This document shows positions 29,575 to 39,787 of a stretch of 64,000 nucleotides of DNA, one piece after another. The position numbers and the translations under genes are program-made. This DNA comes from a bacterium. GTDB lineage: Bacteria; Desulfobacterota; DSWW01. Below the pieces are notes generated by a model, which saw only the letters and a program-made list of their open reading frames with translations, did not search any database and was not told the origin of the DNA. Each line of letters starts with the position of its first letter. The stretch's first letter is position 1. The DNA lies in contig JBFLZG010000111.1 in the NCBI GenBank assembly GCA_040756235.1, forward strand, positions 21,349-85,348. Reading direction: 5' to 3'.

Positions 29575-31745
29575 TAGAGACCGGCGCCGAAGACGTGCCT
29601 CAAGGGGAGCTCCGCGCCGGGCCGGATGTCCCGGGCTTCCCAGGTCTCCTTCAGCTCGTTCCTGCCGTCGCGGAAAACCAGGAGGCTGTATCCGCCGTAG
29701 TGCGGGACCTTGCGCGCGATGCGCTCGGCGCTTTCAGGGTCCCGGGCAAGCAAGAGGCCGCAGGTCCGATCGAGCTTCCGGCCGCAGGGGACGACCGCGA
29801 AGAGCGCGTCGCCGGCTTCGCCGCAGGACCTCCCGTCCACCACGAACCTGCCGGCGAATACCTGTAAGCGGGCGGGAAGCTCCGGCAGGAGGCTGCGGTT
29901 TCCGGGGGGCCCCACGAAAACGAGATCCTTGCCGTCGATCGCGGACGAGGTCAGGCGGTCTTCCGCAAGAATGTCGACGTGCCGTGCTCCCATCGCCTCG
30001 CGCAGGACCTCGGCGGCCTTGCGCAGCCCTTGCGGAGCGCCTGACGGAAGGACCATGACGAGAGAAGAGGAGCCCCGCAGGGAGTTCACGGTAGTCGGGA
30101 TCTCCAGCGGATCGAGGCGTCGAAAGAGATCGGCGTCCGGGTCCGCTTCGAGCGACAGCGGGCGCTCCTTCACCGTCACGGAGAAGGAGGCCGTGCTCCC
30201 GCCGAGCCGAACGACCTCGTCACGGCTTCCCCTCTCGGTCCGGATGCGCAGGGGAACGCGCAGGTCGTACAGGGGCTCCCTCTGGCGCAGGGTCCCCGTG
30301 ACCCTCCAGCCTCCGGCCTGGCCCTCCTGCACCGAACCGACTTGCTCCAGCAGCAGCATCGGCGCTCCCTTGCGCACCACCCACTGGCGAGAAAAGCCGC
30401 GCAGGTCGACGCCGGCCTGCCTGCCGAAGGCCTCGGCAAGATCCTCCCAGGAAGCTCGCTTGAAGCAGTTTTCCCGGTAGAAGGCCTGGAGACCGCGCCA
30501 GAAGGCTTCTTCCCCGACCAGGCCTCGGATCATGTGAAAGACCATGGCCGACTTGCCGTAACCCACGGCCTCGGTGGCCGGGCTGTCCCGCTCCCGGAAC
30601 TCCGCAAGGGGAAAGTCCTTGTCCGGCGGAACGAGGCTCGCATATTCCCTCAGGATCCGCCGCCGGAACTCCGTCGCCTCCTGCTCCGATGCCAGCTCCT
30701 TGTAGAGGTAGTCGGCGGTGTAGGTGGTAAGCCCCTCGGACCAGTTCCCTTGCCCCATGTCCACGAACACGCCGTTCCCCCACCAGGAGTGGCCGATCTC
30801 GTGCCCCAGGCTCGTCTCGACGATGAAGGGAAGCCGGATCACTGTGCTCCCCAGGAGCGTGAACGACGGGAAGCCGTATCCCGTGGGGAAGAAGTTCTCG
30901 ACGATGGCGAACTTGGCGAAGGGATAGGGCCCGATCCGCTCCGAGTAGAGCCGGAGGTACGGCCCGGCCGCCTCCAGGTAGGAAGAAGCCAGAGAAGCGC
31001 TCTCGGGATAGAAGTACGCGTACAGGGGAAGCTCGCCTGCGCTCGATTCCCGTACGAGATATCTTCCCGCCGCGAGCGCGAGGCCCTCGACGGGGTGGTC
31101 GATCTCCCAGACCGAGCGGCTGCCCGCCCCGGTCGCCTCCCGCGACAGGCGCTGGCCCGAGGTCACGGCCTCCATGCCGGCCGGCGTCTCGATCGTCACC
31201 CGGAACACCGGGCTGCTGCCGGCCAGGGCCGGGTACCACCCGGCCGCATCCAGGAGCAGGACGCCCTCATCGGAGATCACCCCTTTCACCCCGTAGCCCG
31301 GATCTTCCGTGTAGGCCGGATCCTTCGGCACCGGATCGCGAAAAGAGGCCCGGTACGTCACTTCCAGGACGATCTCGGGAGAGCGGGCTTCGGGCGCGAT
31401 CGAGACGTCGAGCTGGCCGTCTCGAAACAGGTAGGGAGCCGGGGCGCCGTCGAGCCGCACGGCCTCGATCGCGGCGCCCGGCGCGAGGTCCAGGCGGAGG
31501 CTGGAGGCCCCGCGGGTCCGGATCGCAAGCGTGCCGACCGCCCGGAGGGACTGCCCCGGGGGATCGATGCGGACGACGATCTCCTCCCGGTAGGCCTCGG
31601 GCCTTTCCGATGCGGGCGAGCCGAGCGCGGTGCGGGGCCAGTCGATCGCCGGACGCGGCCAGCTGCCGAGCCAGAAAGCCAGGGCAAGCATCGCCGCCAC
31701 GCCAGCCGTGCAGCCCGCTGCAATGCGGCTTTCTCCCCCCTTCAT
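29574..31745 (-). CDS. M1-family zinc aminopeptidase, membrane-anchored
   Basis: N-terminal TM; GYGFPS, HEIGHSWWGN, WSEGLTTY, YGKSAMVFHM. Confidence 0.9.
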   Translation of the reverse strand: MKGGESRIAAGCTAGVAAMLALAFWLGSWPRPAIDWPRTALGSPASERPEAYREEIVVRIDPPGQSLRAVGTLAIRTRGASSLRLDLAPGAAIEAVRLDGAPAPYLFRDGQLDVSIAPEARSPEIVLEVTYRASFRDPVPKDPAYTEDPGYGVKGVISDEGVLLLDAAGWYPALAGSSPVFRVTIETPAGMEAVTSGQRLSREATGAGSRSVWEIDHPVEGLALAAGRYLVRESSAGELPLYAYFYPESASLASSYLEAAGPYLRLYSERIGPYPFAKFAIVENFFPTGYGFPSFTLLGSTVIRLPFIVETSLGHEIGHSWWGNGVFVDMGQGNWSEGLTTYTADYLYKELASEQEATEFRRRILREYASLVPPDKDFPLAEFRERDSPATEAVGYGKSAMVFHMIRGLVGEEAFWRGLQAFYRENCFKRASWEDLAEAFGRQAGVDLRGFSRQWVVRKGAPMLLLEQVGSVQEGQAGGWRVTGTLRQREPLYDLRVPLRIRTERGSRDEVVRLGGSTASFSVTVKERPLSLEADPDADLFRRLDPLEIPTTVNSLRGSSSLVMVLPSGAPQGLRKAAEVLREAMGARHVDILAEDRLTSSAIDGKDLVFVGPPGNRSLLPELPARLQVFAGRFVVDGRSCGEAGDALFAVVPCGRKLDRTCGLLLARDPESAERIARKVPHYGGYSLLVFRDGRNELKETWEARDIRPGAELPLRHVFGAGL

Positions 31746-32437
31746 GAGGTTTCCCGTGCACAGGTAAGGATGTGGGACCAGAAATTGTCGTACAGGCGTG
31801 TTGACAGGGCAGCCAGCTCTCGCTCCTTGAGCTCGAGATGGCGCAGCATCCCCGGCGCTTGCGGGTCACCGGCGAACCATCCGGCAAGCATCTGGCCCGT
31901 CACCTCTACGTGGAACTGGAGGCCGTAAGCGTTCGCGCAGCGAAAAGCCTGGTGCGGGCAGCCCTGCGAGGCGGCCAGAACCTGCCCCCCGGCAGGGACC
32001 TCGATCATGTCTTCGTGCCACTGAAAGACGTGCAGGCTCTCCGGAAGGCCGTCGAAGAGCCGATCCCCGCGGCCTGCCTCCGTGAGGGCGATGTCGTACC
32101 AGCCGACCTCCCGGACCGGCGACCGGACGACGCGGGCGCCGCAGGCTCTGGCGATCAACTGGGCGCCGAGGCAGACCCCGAGCACCGGTACACCTTGGTC
32201 GATGACCCGGGCAAGGAACTCCGTCTCGTGGCGCAGAAAGGGAAATCGCTGCTCCTCGTAGACGTTCATGGGCCCGCCCATGGAAATGACCGCCGTCAGG
32301 TCGCCCAGACCGGCCGGGATCCGTTCGCCCGCAAAGAGCCGGACCTCCTCCATCCGGACGGGCCGGTCGCCGAGGAAATCCCCGAGCGTCCCCGGCCCCT
32401 CGGATCCCACGTGCAGAAGAATCAGGATTCTCCGCAT
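31742..32437 (-). CDS. Type 1 glutamine amidotransferase
   Basis: MGGPMNVY, GVCLGAQL, GLQFHVE catalytic triad motifs. Confidence 0.92.
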   Translation of the reverse strand: MRRILILLHVGSEGPGTLGDFLGDRPVRMEEVRLFAGERIPAGLGDLTAVISMGGPMNVYEEQRFPFLRHETEFLARVIDQGVPVLGVCLGAQLIARACGARVVRSPVREVGWYDIALTEAGRGDRLFDGLPESLHVFQWHEDMIEVPAGGQVLAASQGCPHQAFRCANAYGLQFHVEVTGQMLAGWFAGDPQAPGMLRHLELKERELAALSTRLYDNFWSHILTCARETS

Positions 32438-32551
32438 CCGGACCTCTCACGCAGCGGCTCTCCACGCGCTCGCGCTGCAGTTTGAGTTTAACACATCTTC
32501 GTGTGAAAATCGGACCGAGCGACAAAATTGTAGGAGAAGGAGCGTACGGCA

Positions 32552-34081
32552 GTGCCCGCGGAAAAGATGGAAGAGATCCTCTATCTCTATGAGATCGCTC
32601 ATTCCCTGAACACGACGGTCGACCTCAAGAAATCGGTCTACCTCGTGCTCGAGATCCTGTCCAAGGTGCTCGGCATGCGGCACGGGACCATCACCATCCT
32701 GAGCCGCGCCAAGGACGAGATCCGCATCGAGGTGGCGCACGGCCTGTCGAAAGAGGCGATCGAGCGCGGCCGTTACAAACCCGGCGAAGGCATCACCGGC
32801 CGCGTCCTCGAGCAGGGCAAGCCGATCATCGTCCCCAAGATCAGCGAAGAACCTCTTTTTCTGGACCGGACGGCGACCCGCCGCAAGACGCGCGAGGAGT
32901 ACTCCTTCATCTGCGTGCCGATCAAGAAGGGCCAGACCGTCGTGGGCACGCTCAGCGTGGACCTCCCTTACGATCCCAAGGCCGATCTCAAGGGGAGCGA
33001 GCGCCGGCTGACCGTCGTCGCCACCATGCTGGCCCAGCGGGTCATCACGCTCGAGGCCCTGCAGATGGAGAAGGAAGCGCTCCTCAGCGAGAACCTCCGC
33101 CTGCAGGAGCAGCTGGCCGACCGCCACAGCCTGCACAACATCATCGGCAGGAGCAACAAGATGCGGGAGGTCTACCAGATGATCTCCCAGGTGTGCCGGA
33201 GCAACGCCACCGTGCTGATCCGCGGCGAGAGCGGAACCGGCAAGGAGCTCGTGGCCAACGCCATCCACTACAACAGCCCCCGGGCCAAGCACGCCTTCGT
33301 CAAGCTCAACTGCGCCGCCCTCCCGGCCACCCTCATCGAGAGCGAGCTGTTCGGCCACGAGAAAGGCGCTTTCACGGGCGCCATCAAGCTCAAGCGGGGA
33401 AAGTTCGAGCTTGCCGACAAGGGAACGATCTTTCTCGATGAGATCGGCTCCATCGGCCTGGACGTGCAGTACAAGCTGCTCAGGGCCCTGCAGGAGAAGG
33501 AGTTCGAGCGCATCGGCGGGGCCCAGACCCTCAAGACGGACGTGCGGATCCTCGCGGCCACGAACAAGAACCTGGAGCAGGCGGTGGAGGAAGGCTCGTT
33601 CCGCGAGGACCTCTACTATCGCCTGAACGTGTTCCCGATCTACCTGCCGCCCCTGCGGGAGCGCAAGACCGACATCCTCCTGCTGGCCGACCACTTCCTC
33701 GAGAAGTACGCCAAGGAAAACAACAAGGACATCCGGCGCCTGTCCACGCCCGCCATCGACATGCTGGTTCAGTACCACTGGCCGGGGAACGTGCGGGAGC
33801 TGGAAAACTGCATCGAACGGGCGGTGCTGCTGTGCGAGGGCAACGTGATCCACGGCTTCCATCTCCCGCCGACCCTGCAGACCGGCAAGGAGTCGGACAC
33901 CGTGCCCGCGCAGGCCCTGGAAGAGGCCGTGGCCAACCTCGAGCGGGAAATGATCATCGACGCCCTGAAGAACTCCAGGGGCAACATGTCCAAGGCAGCC
34001 GAGATGATCAAGCTGACGGAGCGAAAGTTCGCCTACAAGGTCAAGAGATACGGGGTGGATTACCGCCAGTACCGCAGGTAG
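32552..34081 (+). CDS. GAF-domain sigma54-dependent activator (NifA-like)
   Basis: N-terminal GAF (GEGITG), [34 protein letters not shown]-terminal HTH. Confidence 0.93.
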   Translation: MPAEKMEEILYLYEIAHSLNTTVDLKKSVYLVLEILSKVLGMRHGTITILSRAKDEIRIEVAHGLSKEAIERGRYKPGEGITGRVLEQGKPIIVPKISEEPLFLDRTATRRKTREEYSFICVPIKKGQTVVGTLSVDLPYDPKADLKGSERRLTVVATMLAQRVITLEALQMEKEALLSENLRLQEQLADRHSLHNIIGRSNKMREVYQMISQVCRSNATVLIRGESGTGKELVANAIHYNSPRAKHAFVKLNCAALPATLIESELFGHEKGAFTGAIKLKRGKFELADKGTIFLDEIGSIGLDVQYKLLRALQEKEFERIGGAQTLKTDVRILAATNKNLEQAVEEGSFREDLYYRLNVFPIYLPPLRERKTDILLLADHFLEKYAKENNKDIRRLSTPAIDMLVQYHWPGNVRELENCIERAVLLCEGNVIHGFHLPPTLQTGKESDTVPAQALEEAVANLEREMIIDALKNSRGNMSKAAEMIKLTERKFAYKVKRYGVDYRQYRR

Positions 34082-34206
34082 CAGGGAGGGAGATTGCGAG
34101 GACCGAAGGTCCGCGGCAACCTCCCGGATACCGGGACCGTGACGCTCGCCGTTTTTTGGCCGCTTGTGCCGTTCAGATATGTCCGGGTGCAGGGCGATCT
34201 CGGGAC

Positions 34207-34266
34207 GCAGGGGCGAAAGATCTTTCGCCCCTGCAAATCCTCGCAACAGGCTCCGCAGATGGGCGT
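34207..34266. repeat. REP palindrome plus a duplicated 27-bp family B fragment
   Basis: GCAGGGGCGAAAGATCTTTCGCCCCTGC; 34240-34266 is identical to 34388-34414. Confidence 0.75.
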
Positions 34267-34280
34267 GTGAATGCTCAATT

Positions 34281-34431
34281 CCGGAGGCTGTTCAAAAATG
34301 CCCAGATGCAAGGCAGGCGAAGACCTGAGGAATGAGGCGTACATAGTAGTACGCCGCAGTTTTGTGCCGGGGGATTGCTTCGCTTCGCTCGCAACAGGCT
34401 CCGCAGATGGGCGTTTCTGGACAGCCTCCGG
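34281..34431 (+). repeat. Hairpin element family B copy
   Basis: CCGGAGGCTGTTCAAAAATGCCCAGATGCAAGGCAGGCGAAG ... GCAGATGGGCGTTTCTGGACAGCCTCCGG. Confidence 0.9.
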
Positions 34432-34432
34432 G

Positions 34433-34969
34433 CTACCACCACCAGGGCGGGCCATAATACCCCCAGTAGGGCCAGTACGGATAGGGCGGCGCACGGTAGT
34501 AGTACCGCTGCTCCCTCTTCTCCCACAGGTGGATCGCGGTGGCGGTCACGAGGGGATACGCATACTCGAGATCTCCGATACGCGCCGATTTCTGCCCGGT
34601 CACCTTGCCGATCACGGTGACCTCACGCCCGTTGCGGTAGACCGCCGGGTCCAGGAACCCGGAGTCGAAGACGAAAAATCTCCCGCCGGTCACATCGGTC
34701 TCCTCCGGCCGGTTCCTGTGCCCCAGTTTCTTCTCGAGCACCTCGAGGAGGGTTCCGCTCTGCTGGACCTGTACGAGAATGATCTCACCGCCCAGCATGA
34801 CCGTCTGCCCCACATAGGCCTGCGGGTTCGAGCGCAGCTCGGAGAAAGAAATGTCCCGGTTCACCTCCTTGACGAGGGTCTTGGAAAAAGGGCCTGCACA
34901 TCCTGCGGCGATGAGCAGGCATGCCGTAGCGTGGAGAGCCAGGTATACGCTTCGAGATCCTTGGACCAT
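34433..34969 (-). CDS. Slp family outer-membrane lipoprotein
   Basis: Lipobox IAAGC; GQTVMLGGEI, GRF..GFLDPAVY..GREVTVIG, YAYP, Tyr/Trp/Pro-rich tail. Confidence 0.88.
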   Translation of the reverse strand: MVQGSRSVYLALHATACLLIAAGCAGPFSKTLVKEVNRDISFSELRSNPQAYVGQTVMLGGEIILVQVQQSGTLLEVLEKKLGHRNRPEETDVTGGRFFVFDSGFLDPAVYRNGREVTVIGKVTGQKSARIGDLEYAYPLVTATAIHLWEKREQRYYYRAPPYPYWPYWGYYGPPWWW

Positions 34970-35383
34970 GCCACGCCTCCTGTTCTCCGCGGTCGAACGG
35001 AACGCGCAACGGGCTTCGACCGTTCGAGCGACTGCCGCAGCGGAGAGCCTTACCGGAGCCATACGGACCCAGCGGGTTAGATTATTCCGCATCGGAACGG
35101 GATTCTTCGCTCTCGATAACCCCCTTCGGGCGCAGCAAATGCGGGCCCGAAGCCGCGTTGCCGGCCGGGAGGGGGCAGGAGTTGCTCGCCTTGCCCGCTC
35201 GGATATGCGCCGAGCGGGCCGTCCTACCTGCTCCTGCCACCCGGCGACCATGGAAGCCATCCAAGAGAACGCAGCCGGCAATCCCGGCTCGAAGAAAAAG
35301 TTGCTGATCATGAAAACAGAAAAAGAGAACGTGGCGCTCGGCTTCCCGGAGCGTCATGAGAGAACCCGTCGAGGAGAAGCAGC

Positions 35384-36385
35384 ATGCAAACGGCACTCGA
35401 AACCTATGTGCGACTCCGGCGCCGGACCAGTTGCTCGGTGATCGAAGGGCTCTGCACGGGCCTTGCGAACGCGGGAAGGATCTATCCGGCGATACGGCTC
35501 GAAAAATACGGCGTCCGCGTCTCCCGTAACGTTCCTTATACCACCACGGGACGGACCTCGCACCTGTTGGACGTCTACCGCCCCCGGCACCGATCCGGAC
35601 CTCTCCCCGTCTGCCTGTACGTCCACGGCGGCGGGTTCCGGATACTTTCCAAGGACACCCACTGGCTCATGGGTCTGATTTTTGCCCTGCAGGGCTACGT
35701 GGTCTTCAACATCAACTATCGGCTCGCTCCCCGGCACCCCTTCCCTGCCGCCCTGGAGGATACCTGCGACGCGTTCGCCTGGGTCGCCAGGAATGCAGCG
35801 CGCTATGGCGGGGACCCCGAACGCATGGTGCTTGCCGGCGAGTCCGCGGGTGCGAACCTGATCACGGCCCTGACGGTCGCCCTCTGCTACGACCGGCCCG
35901 AGGATTTTGCGCGCAGAGCGCGCGCAGCCGGCGTGCTTCCGAGAGCGGTGGTTGCAGCCTGCGGGATCCTGCAGGTTTCTGACTGCGAGCGGTTCAGCAG
36001 ACGGCATCGACTTCCCCCGTTCGTCCGGGACATGTTCCAGGAGATATCGGAATCCTACCTGCCTCCGGACCCGTACGCGGCTCCGCAGACGCGGGAGCTG
36101 GCGGATCCCCTGCTGGTGCTCGAAAGCGGACGCCGGCCGGACCGCAAGCTCCCGGTGTTCTTCGCCCCGGTCGGGGCGCGCGACGTCCTGTTGGACGACA
36201 CGCGGCGGCTCCGGTCGGCCTTGAGAAAGCTGGGAGCCGTCTGTGAGGCGCCGATCTACTCCGGGGAGCTCCATGCATTCCTGGCGTACGTCTGGCGCAA
36301 GAGCGCCAAGGTGTGCTGGAAGACGCTCTTCGATTTTCTCTCCGGGCATCTGCACGAGCTCAAGCAAGCGGTATCCGCCGCGTAA
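35384..36385 (+). CDS. Alpha/beta hydrolase, HSL-family esterase
   Basis: HGGGF, NYRLAP, GESAG, D..H catalytic motifs. Confidence 0.92.
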   Translation: MQTALETYVRLRRRTSCSVIEGLCTGLANAGRIYPAIRLEKYGVRVSRNVPYTTTGRTSHLLDVYRPRHRSGPLPVCLYVHGGGFRILSKDTHWLMGLIFALQGYVVFNINYRLAPRHPFPAALEDTCDAFAWVARNAARYGGDPERMVLAGESAGANLITALTVALCYDRPEDFARRARAAGVLPRAVVAACGILQVSDCERFSRRHRLPPFVRDMFQEISESYLPPDPYAAPQTRELADPLLVLESGRRPDRKLPVFFAPVGARDVLLDDTRRLRSALRKLGAVCEAPIYSGELHAFLAYVWRKSAKVCWKTLFDFLSGHLHELKQAVSAA

Positions 36386-36603
36386 ACCGCCACGCCCGGC
36401 CCGATGCGTCCTGCAGCATCCGAGAGCATCTAACGGATGCAAAGGGGAGTTGTCAGTTCTCAGTTTTCAGTTGTCAGGCCTTCTTCCCCCCGCCCAGAAG
36501 ACCGAAAGGAAATGGCGGCTGTGGGCATCAGTGTGGCAGAAGCCGTCTATGCCTTCTTGCTGACAATCGGCGACTGAAGACTGGCGACTGAGTCGAGGTC
36601 GTC

Positions 36604-38118
36604 ATGGCACACGAGCCCGGCATGAAGACGGACGTGGTCATCCTGGGTGGTGGCCTGGCCGGGCTCTCGGCTGCGGTGGGCATCAGCGACAGCGGCCTGC
36701 GCGTGGTCCTGCTCGAGAGAGACGTCCGCCTGGGCGGCCGAGCGCGAAGCTGGGTAGAGCCGCAGACCCGGGATCCGATCCCCATCGGCCCCCACGTCTT
36801 CGTCTCCGAGTATCCGAACATGATGGCCCTGCTCCGGATGCTCGGAACCGAAGACCGGATTGTCTGGCAGCGCTCTCCATTTATCGTCATCGTTCGAGGC
36901 AGCCACGAGACCGTGGTTCCGGTCAGCAGCGGGCTCCCCCCTCCCTTGCACCTGCTTTCCATGGGCCAAGGCGCGCAAAGGGTCCCCCCGCGGCACCTTC
37001 TCACCAATCTCCAGCTCATGCTCCTCTCGCTGACGGTCACCGAGGACGACATCCTGGGATTGGACACCCTCAACGCGCTGGGGCTCCTGCGCAGCCTGCG
37101 GGCAGACGAGCTTTCCATCCGGCTATGGTCTTTTACCTCCATGGCGCTGCTGAACGTGCCGCTCGCCCTTTGCTCCGCCGGCGCTCTGATCCGGTTGTGC
37201 CGCCGCATGTTCGGCCGCCGCGGGTACCATTTCGGGTTTCCTGACGGCGGGCTCGGCGACCTCTTTGCCCCGCAGGCCCAGGCGCGAATCGAAAGGAACG
37301 GGGGCCAGGTTCTCCTCAACACGGAAGCCACGGGGTTCACCTTGCACGACGGACAGGTCTCCGGGGTGGAACTGGCGGACGGCCGGCAAGTGGAGGCCCG
37401 CTTCTGCGTCTCGGCCCTGCCCCCCGCCGCCCTGCGCCGGATGGCGCGGCCCGAGTGGATCGAACGTCACCGCCCCTTCCATGACCTCGTACACTTTCAG
37501 CCCTCGCCCTACGTCAGCACCTACCTCTGGTTCGACCGCAAGCTCACCCGCCGGACTTTCTGGGCCCGCTCCTACGACCCCAACGATCTCAACTGCGATT
37601 TCTACGACCTGTCGAACATCAACCGCGGCTGGGCGGATCGGACTTCGGTGATCGCCACGAACTGCATTTACGCCGAACGTACGCGCCATCTGAACGACCG
37701 CGAGATCGTGGAGACCACGATCAAGGAGCTGTCCGAGTACCTCCCGGAGACCGGTCGGGCCGGGCTCGAGCACGCCGTGGTTAATCGCATCCCCATGGCC
37801 ATCCCGTGCCCTCATCCCGGCACCGAGCAGCGGCGCCCTGCGGTCCGATCCGGGATCGGGCGGCTGTTTCTCTCGGGCGACTGGCTGCGGACGCACCTGC
37901 CCTGCTGCATGGAAAGCGCCTGCAAGGCAGGCTGGATGGCAGCCGAGGCGGTGCTCGAGGAGGCGGGTCGGCCGCGCCGGCTGGCACGGGAGCATGAGGA
38001 GATCGAAGGTCTGTCCGGCCTGATCTATCAGACGGCGCGCCGGCTGCCGTGGCGGCACCGCGTCTGGCCGCAGCCGATCGTCCGGAGGCTCTTGCGGCAG
38101 CCGACAAATCGCCTCTGA
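36604..38118 (+). CDS. FAD-dependent amine-oxidase-fold oxidoreductase (HpnE/carotene desaturase-like)
   Basis: GGGLAGL, LGGRARS, GPHVF, LSGDW..MESA. Confidence 0.85.
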   Translation: MAHEPGMKTDVVILGGGLAGLSAAVGISDSGLRVVLLERDVRLGGRARSWVEPQTRDPIPIGPHVFVSEYPNMMALLRMLGTEDRIVWQRSPFIVIVRGSHETVVPVSSGLPPPLHLLSMGQGAQRVPPRHLLTNLQLMLLSLTVTEDDILGLDTLNALGLLRSLRADELSIRLWSFTSMALLNVPLALCSAGALIRLCRRMFGRRGYHFGFPDGGLGDLFAPQAQARIERNGGQVLLNTEATGFTLHDGQVSGVELADGRQVEARFCVSALPPAALRRMARPEWIERHRPFHDLVHFQPSPYVSTYLWFDRKLTRRTFWARSYDPNDLNCDFYDLSNINRGWADRTSVIATNCIYAERTRHLNDREIVETTIKELSEYLPETGRAGLEHAVVNRIPMAIPCPHPGTEQRRPAVRSGIGRLFLSGDWLRTHLPCCMESACKAGWMAAEAVLEEAGRPRRLAREHEEIEGLSGLIYQTARRLPWRHRVWPQPIVRRLLRQPTNRL

Positions 38119-38150
38119 CCCCGACCTCGTTTTTCAGAGGGCGTCGATTT

Positions 38151-38255
38151 CCTCTCCTTCTCCCCTGTCAAGGGGAGAAGGTCGGGATGAGGGGTGAGTC
38201 TGCTCCTGTTCCCCCTCACCCTGTCCCTCTCCCCCGTGCACGGGGGAGAGGGGAT
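38151..38255. repeat. Family C REP-like cluster
   Basis: CTTCTCCCCTGTCAAGGGGAGAAGG..GATGAGGGG and CCCCTCACCCTGTCCCTCTCCCCCGTGCACGGGGGAGAGGG. Confidence 0.8.
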
Positions 38256-38383
38256 TGTTTTCCGGCAGCCTCTTTCAAGCGGGAAAGGACCTTGCATCCT
38301 GAGTGACGGCAGGCGCATCCGAAGGGAAGCCTTCGGGCAGCGGCCGGCCCCCGCACACGTGCGCAGGCGAAAGGAGCGCAATC

Positions 38384-38549
38384 ATGGGCAAGAGGGGAAA
38401 GAGCTTTCCGGCCCAGCACCAGGGGCAACAACCGGGCGAACAGGCTCGCATGGAGCCCGAGCTGCTACGTATTCCTCGCCTGCGACGACTCCTCGTACAT
38501 GTCCGGCCAGGTCCTGCACCCCAACGGAGGGAGAATCGTGAACGGATGA
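38384..38549 (+). pseudogene. Internally deleted YhdF/YdaD-type SDR (general stress protein) remnant
   Basis: AAGGAG RBS plus MGKRGKSFPAQHQGQQPGEQARMEP, joined out of frame to CYVFLACDDSSYMSGQVLHPNGGRIVNG*. Confidence 0.82.
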
Positions 38550-38568
38550 AACGGACAGGAGAGACGAC

Positions 38569-39078
38569 ATGAGCAAGATCGCCGCGGTGATCGCGGATGA
38601 CTTCGAGGATGCGGAGTACACGAAGCCCGCGGAGGCGTTCCGCAACGCAGGCCACGAGCTGGTCACCATTGGGTTCAAGCAGGGGGAGGTGGTCAAGGGC
38701 AAGGCCGAAAGGACCCCGGTCAAGATCGACCGCAGCTTCCACGACGCCGATCCGCGCGAGTTCGACGCCTTGCTGATTCCGGGCGGCTATTCGCCGGACC
38801 GGCTCCGGGTGAACGAAGACGCGGTCCGCTTCGTGCGCGCGTTCATGGAGAGCGGCAAGCCGGTGTTCGCCATCTGCCACGCGCCGCAGATCCTGATCAC
38901 CGCCCAGGTGATCCGCGGCCGCAAGGTGACCGGCTGGAAGTCGATCGTCCAGGACATCAAGAACGCCGGCGCGGAATTCCTTGACGAGGAAGTCGTCGAG
39001 GACGGGAACCTGGTGTCCAGCCGGGGCCCGCAGGACCTACCGGCCTTCATCCGAGCTTCCCTGAAGAAGCTGACATAG
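38569..39078 (+). CDS. PfpI/DJ-1 family protein (YhbO-like deglycase/protease)
   Basis: FEDAE, IPGG, AICHAP, DGNLVSSR.P.DLPAF. Confidence 0.93.
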   Translation: MSKIAAVIADDFEDAEYTKPAEAFRNAGHELVTIGFKQGEVVKGKAERTPVKIDRSFHDADPREFDALLIPGGYSPDRLRVNEDAVRFVRAFMESGKPVFAICHAPQILITAQVIRGRKVTGWKSIVQDIKNAGAEFLDEEVVEDGNLVSSRGPQDLPAFIRASLKKLT

Positions 39079-39085
39079 TCTCGTT

Positions 39086-39323
39086 CGTCATCCCCGGCCA
39101 AGGCCGCGCAGCGGCCGCGAGCCGCCGTCCCGAGCGCAGCGAAGGGACCTCCCGAAGCAGCGAGGATTCCCGCCTTCTCCGGAAAGACGGAAGAGACACG
39201 GGCACGTCATCCCGGCCCAGCTGCGGAGCGCGTGTGAGCCGGGATCCAGGAGTCTGCCCCGAGGAGGAAGGAATGTAATCACCCGGTGCAGGGACTGGAC
39301 CCCGGCCTCCGCCGGGGTGACGG
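39086..39323. repeat. Family A cluster
   Basis: CGTCATCCCCGGCC, CGTCATCCCGGCCCAG..GAGCCGGGATCCAG, GGACCCCGGCCTCCGCCGGGGTGACGG. Confidence 0.85.
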
Positions 39324-39351
39324 AAAGAGCTCTCCTGCGGAAACCTCCCGC

Positions 39352-39670
39352 CTACATCGCGGGCACCAGCTCCACCTTCATCCACCCCGGCTGCCTCTGA
39401 TCGAAGGCCTCGTAGGCCTCGACGGCCGACGAGATCGGCTCGATGTTGCAGGATGCTGGCCGGATCCACCACGCCGGCTTCGACCAGTTCCAGGAGATGG
39501 GGGATGTACTTCCGGTGGTGGCAGTTCCCCATCTGGATCGTCAGGTTCTTGTTCATCGCCTGATCGTCGCTCACCTCCTCCGGAAGCTTCAGGAGCCCGA
39601 CGTTCGCGAACGGGACTCTCGCCTTTTCCGCCTGAAGCCCGTGAAAGGGCCCGGTCATCTTCGGCCCAGC
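39352..39670 (-). pseudogene. Deleted and frameshifted zinc-dependent alcohol/formaldehyde dehydrogenase remnant
   Basis: GPKMTGPFHGLQAEKARVPFANVGLLKLPEEVSDDQA fused to MNKNLTIQMGNCHHRKYIPHLL.., then a shifted frame IEPISSAVEAYEAFDQRQPGWMKVEL. Confidence 0.8.
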
Positions 39671-39751
39671 TTGAGAGAGCCCTCTGTGGGGTCGTAGAAG
39701 CGGGGCTGCAACCCAAGGAAGCTCACCTGGGGATAACGAGGCCGTCATGCC

Positions 39752-39783
39752 GGGCAGGGGCAAGGTTTGAAACCTGCCCCTGC
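39752..39783. repeat. REP-like palindrome after the ligD stop
   Basis: GCAGGGGCAAGGTTTGAAACCTGCCCCTGC. Confidence 0.6.
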
Positions 39784-39787
39784 TATG

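Noticed and set aside
32552..34081. Calling the activator nifA
   Set aside because: The architecture matches, but there are no nif genes in the window and I saw no TGT-N10-ACA site in the intergenic regions I examined
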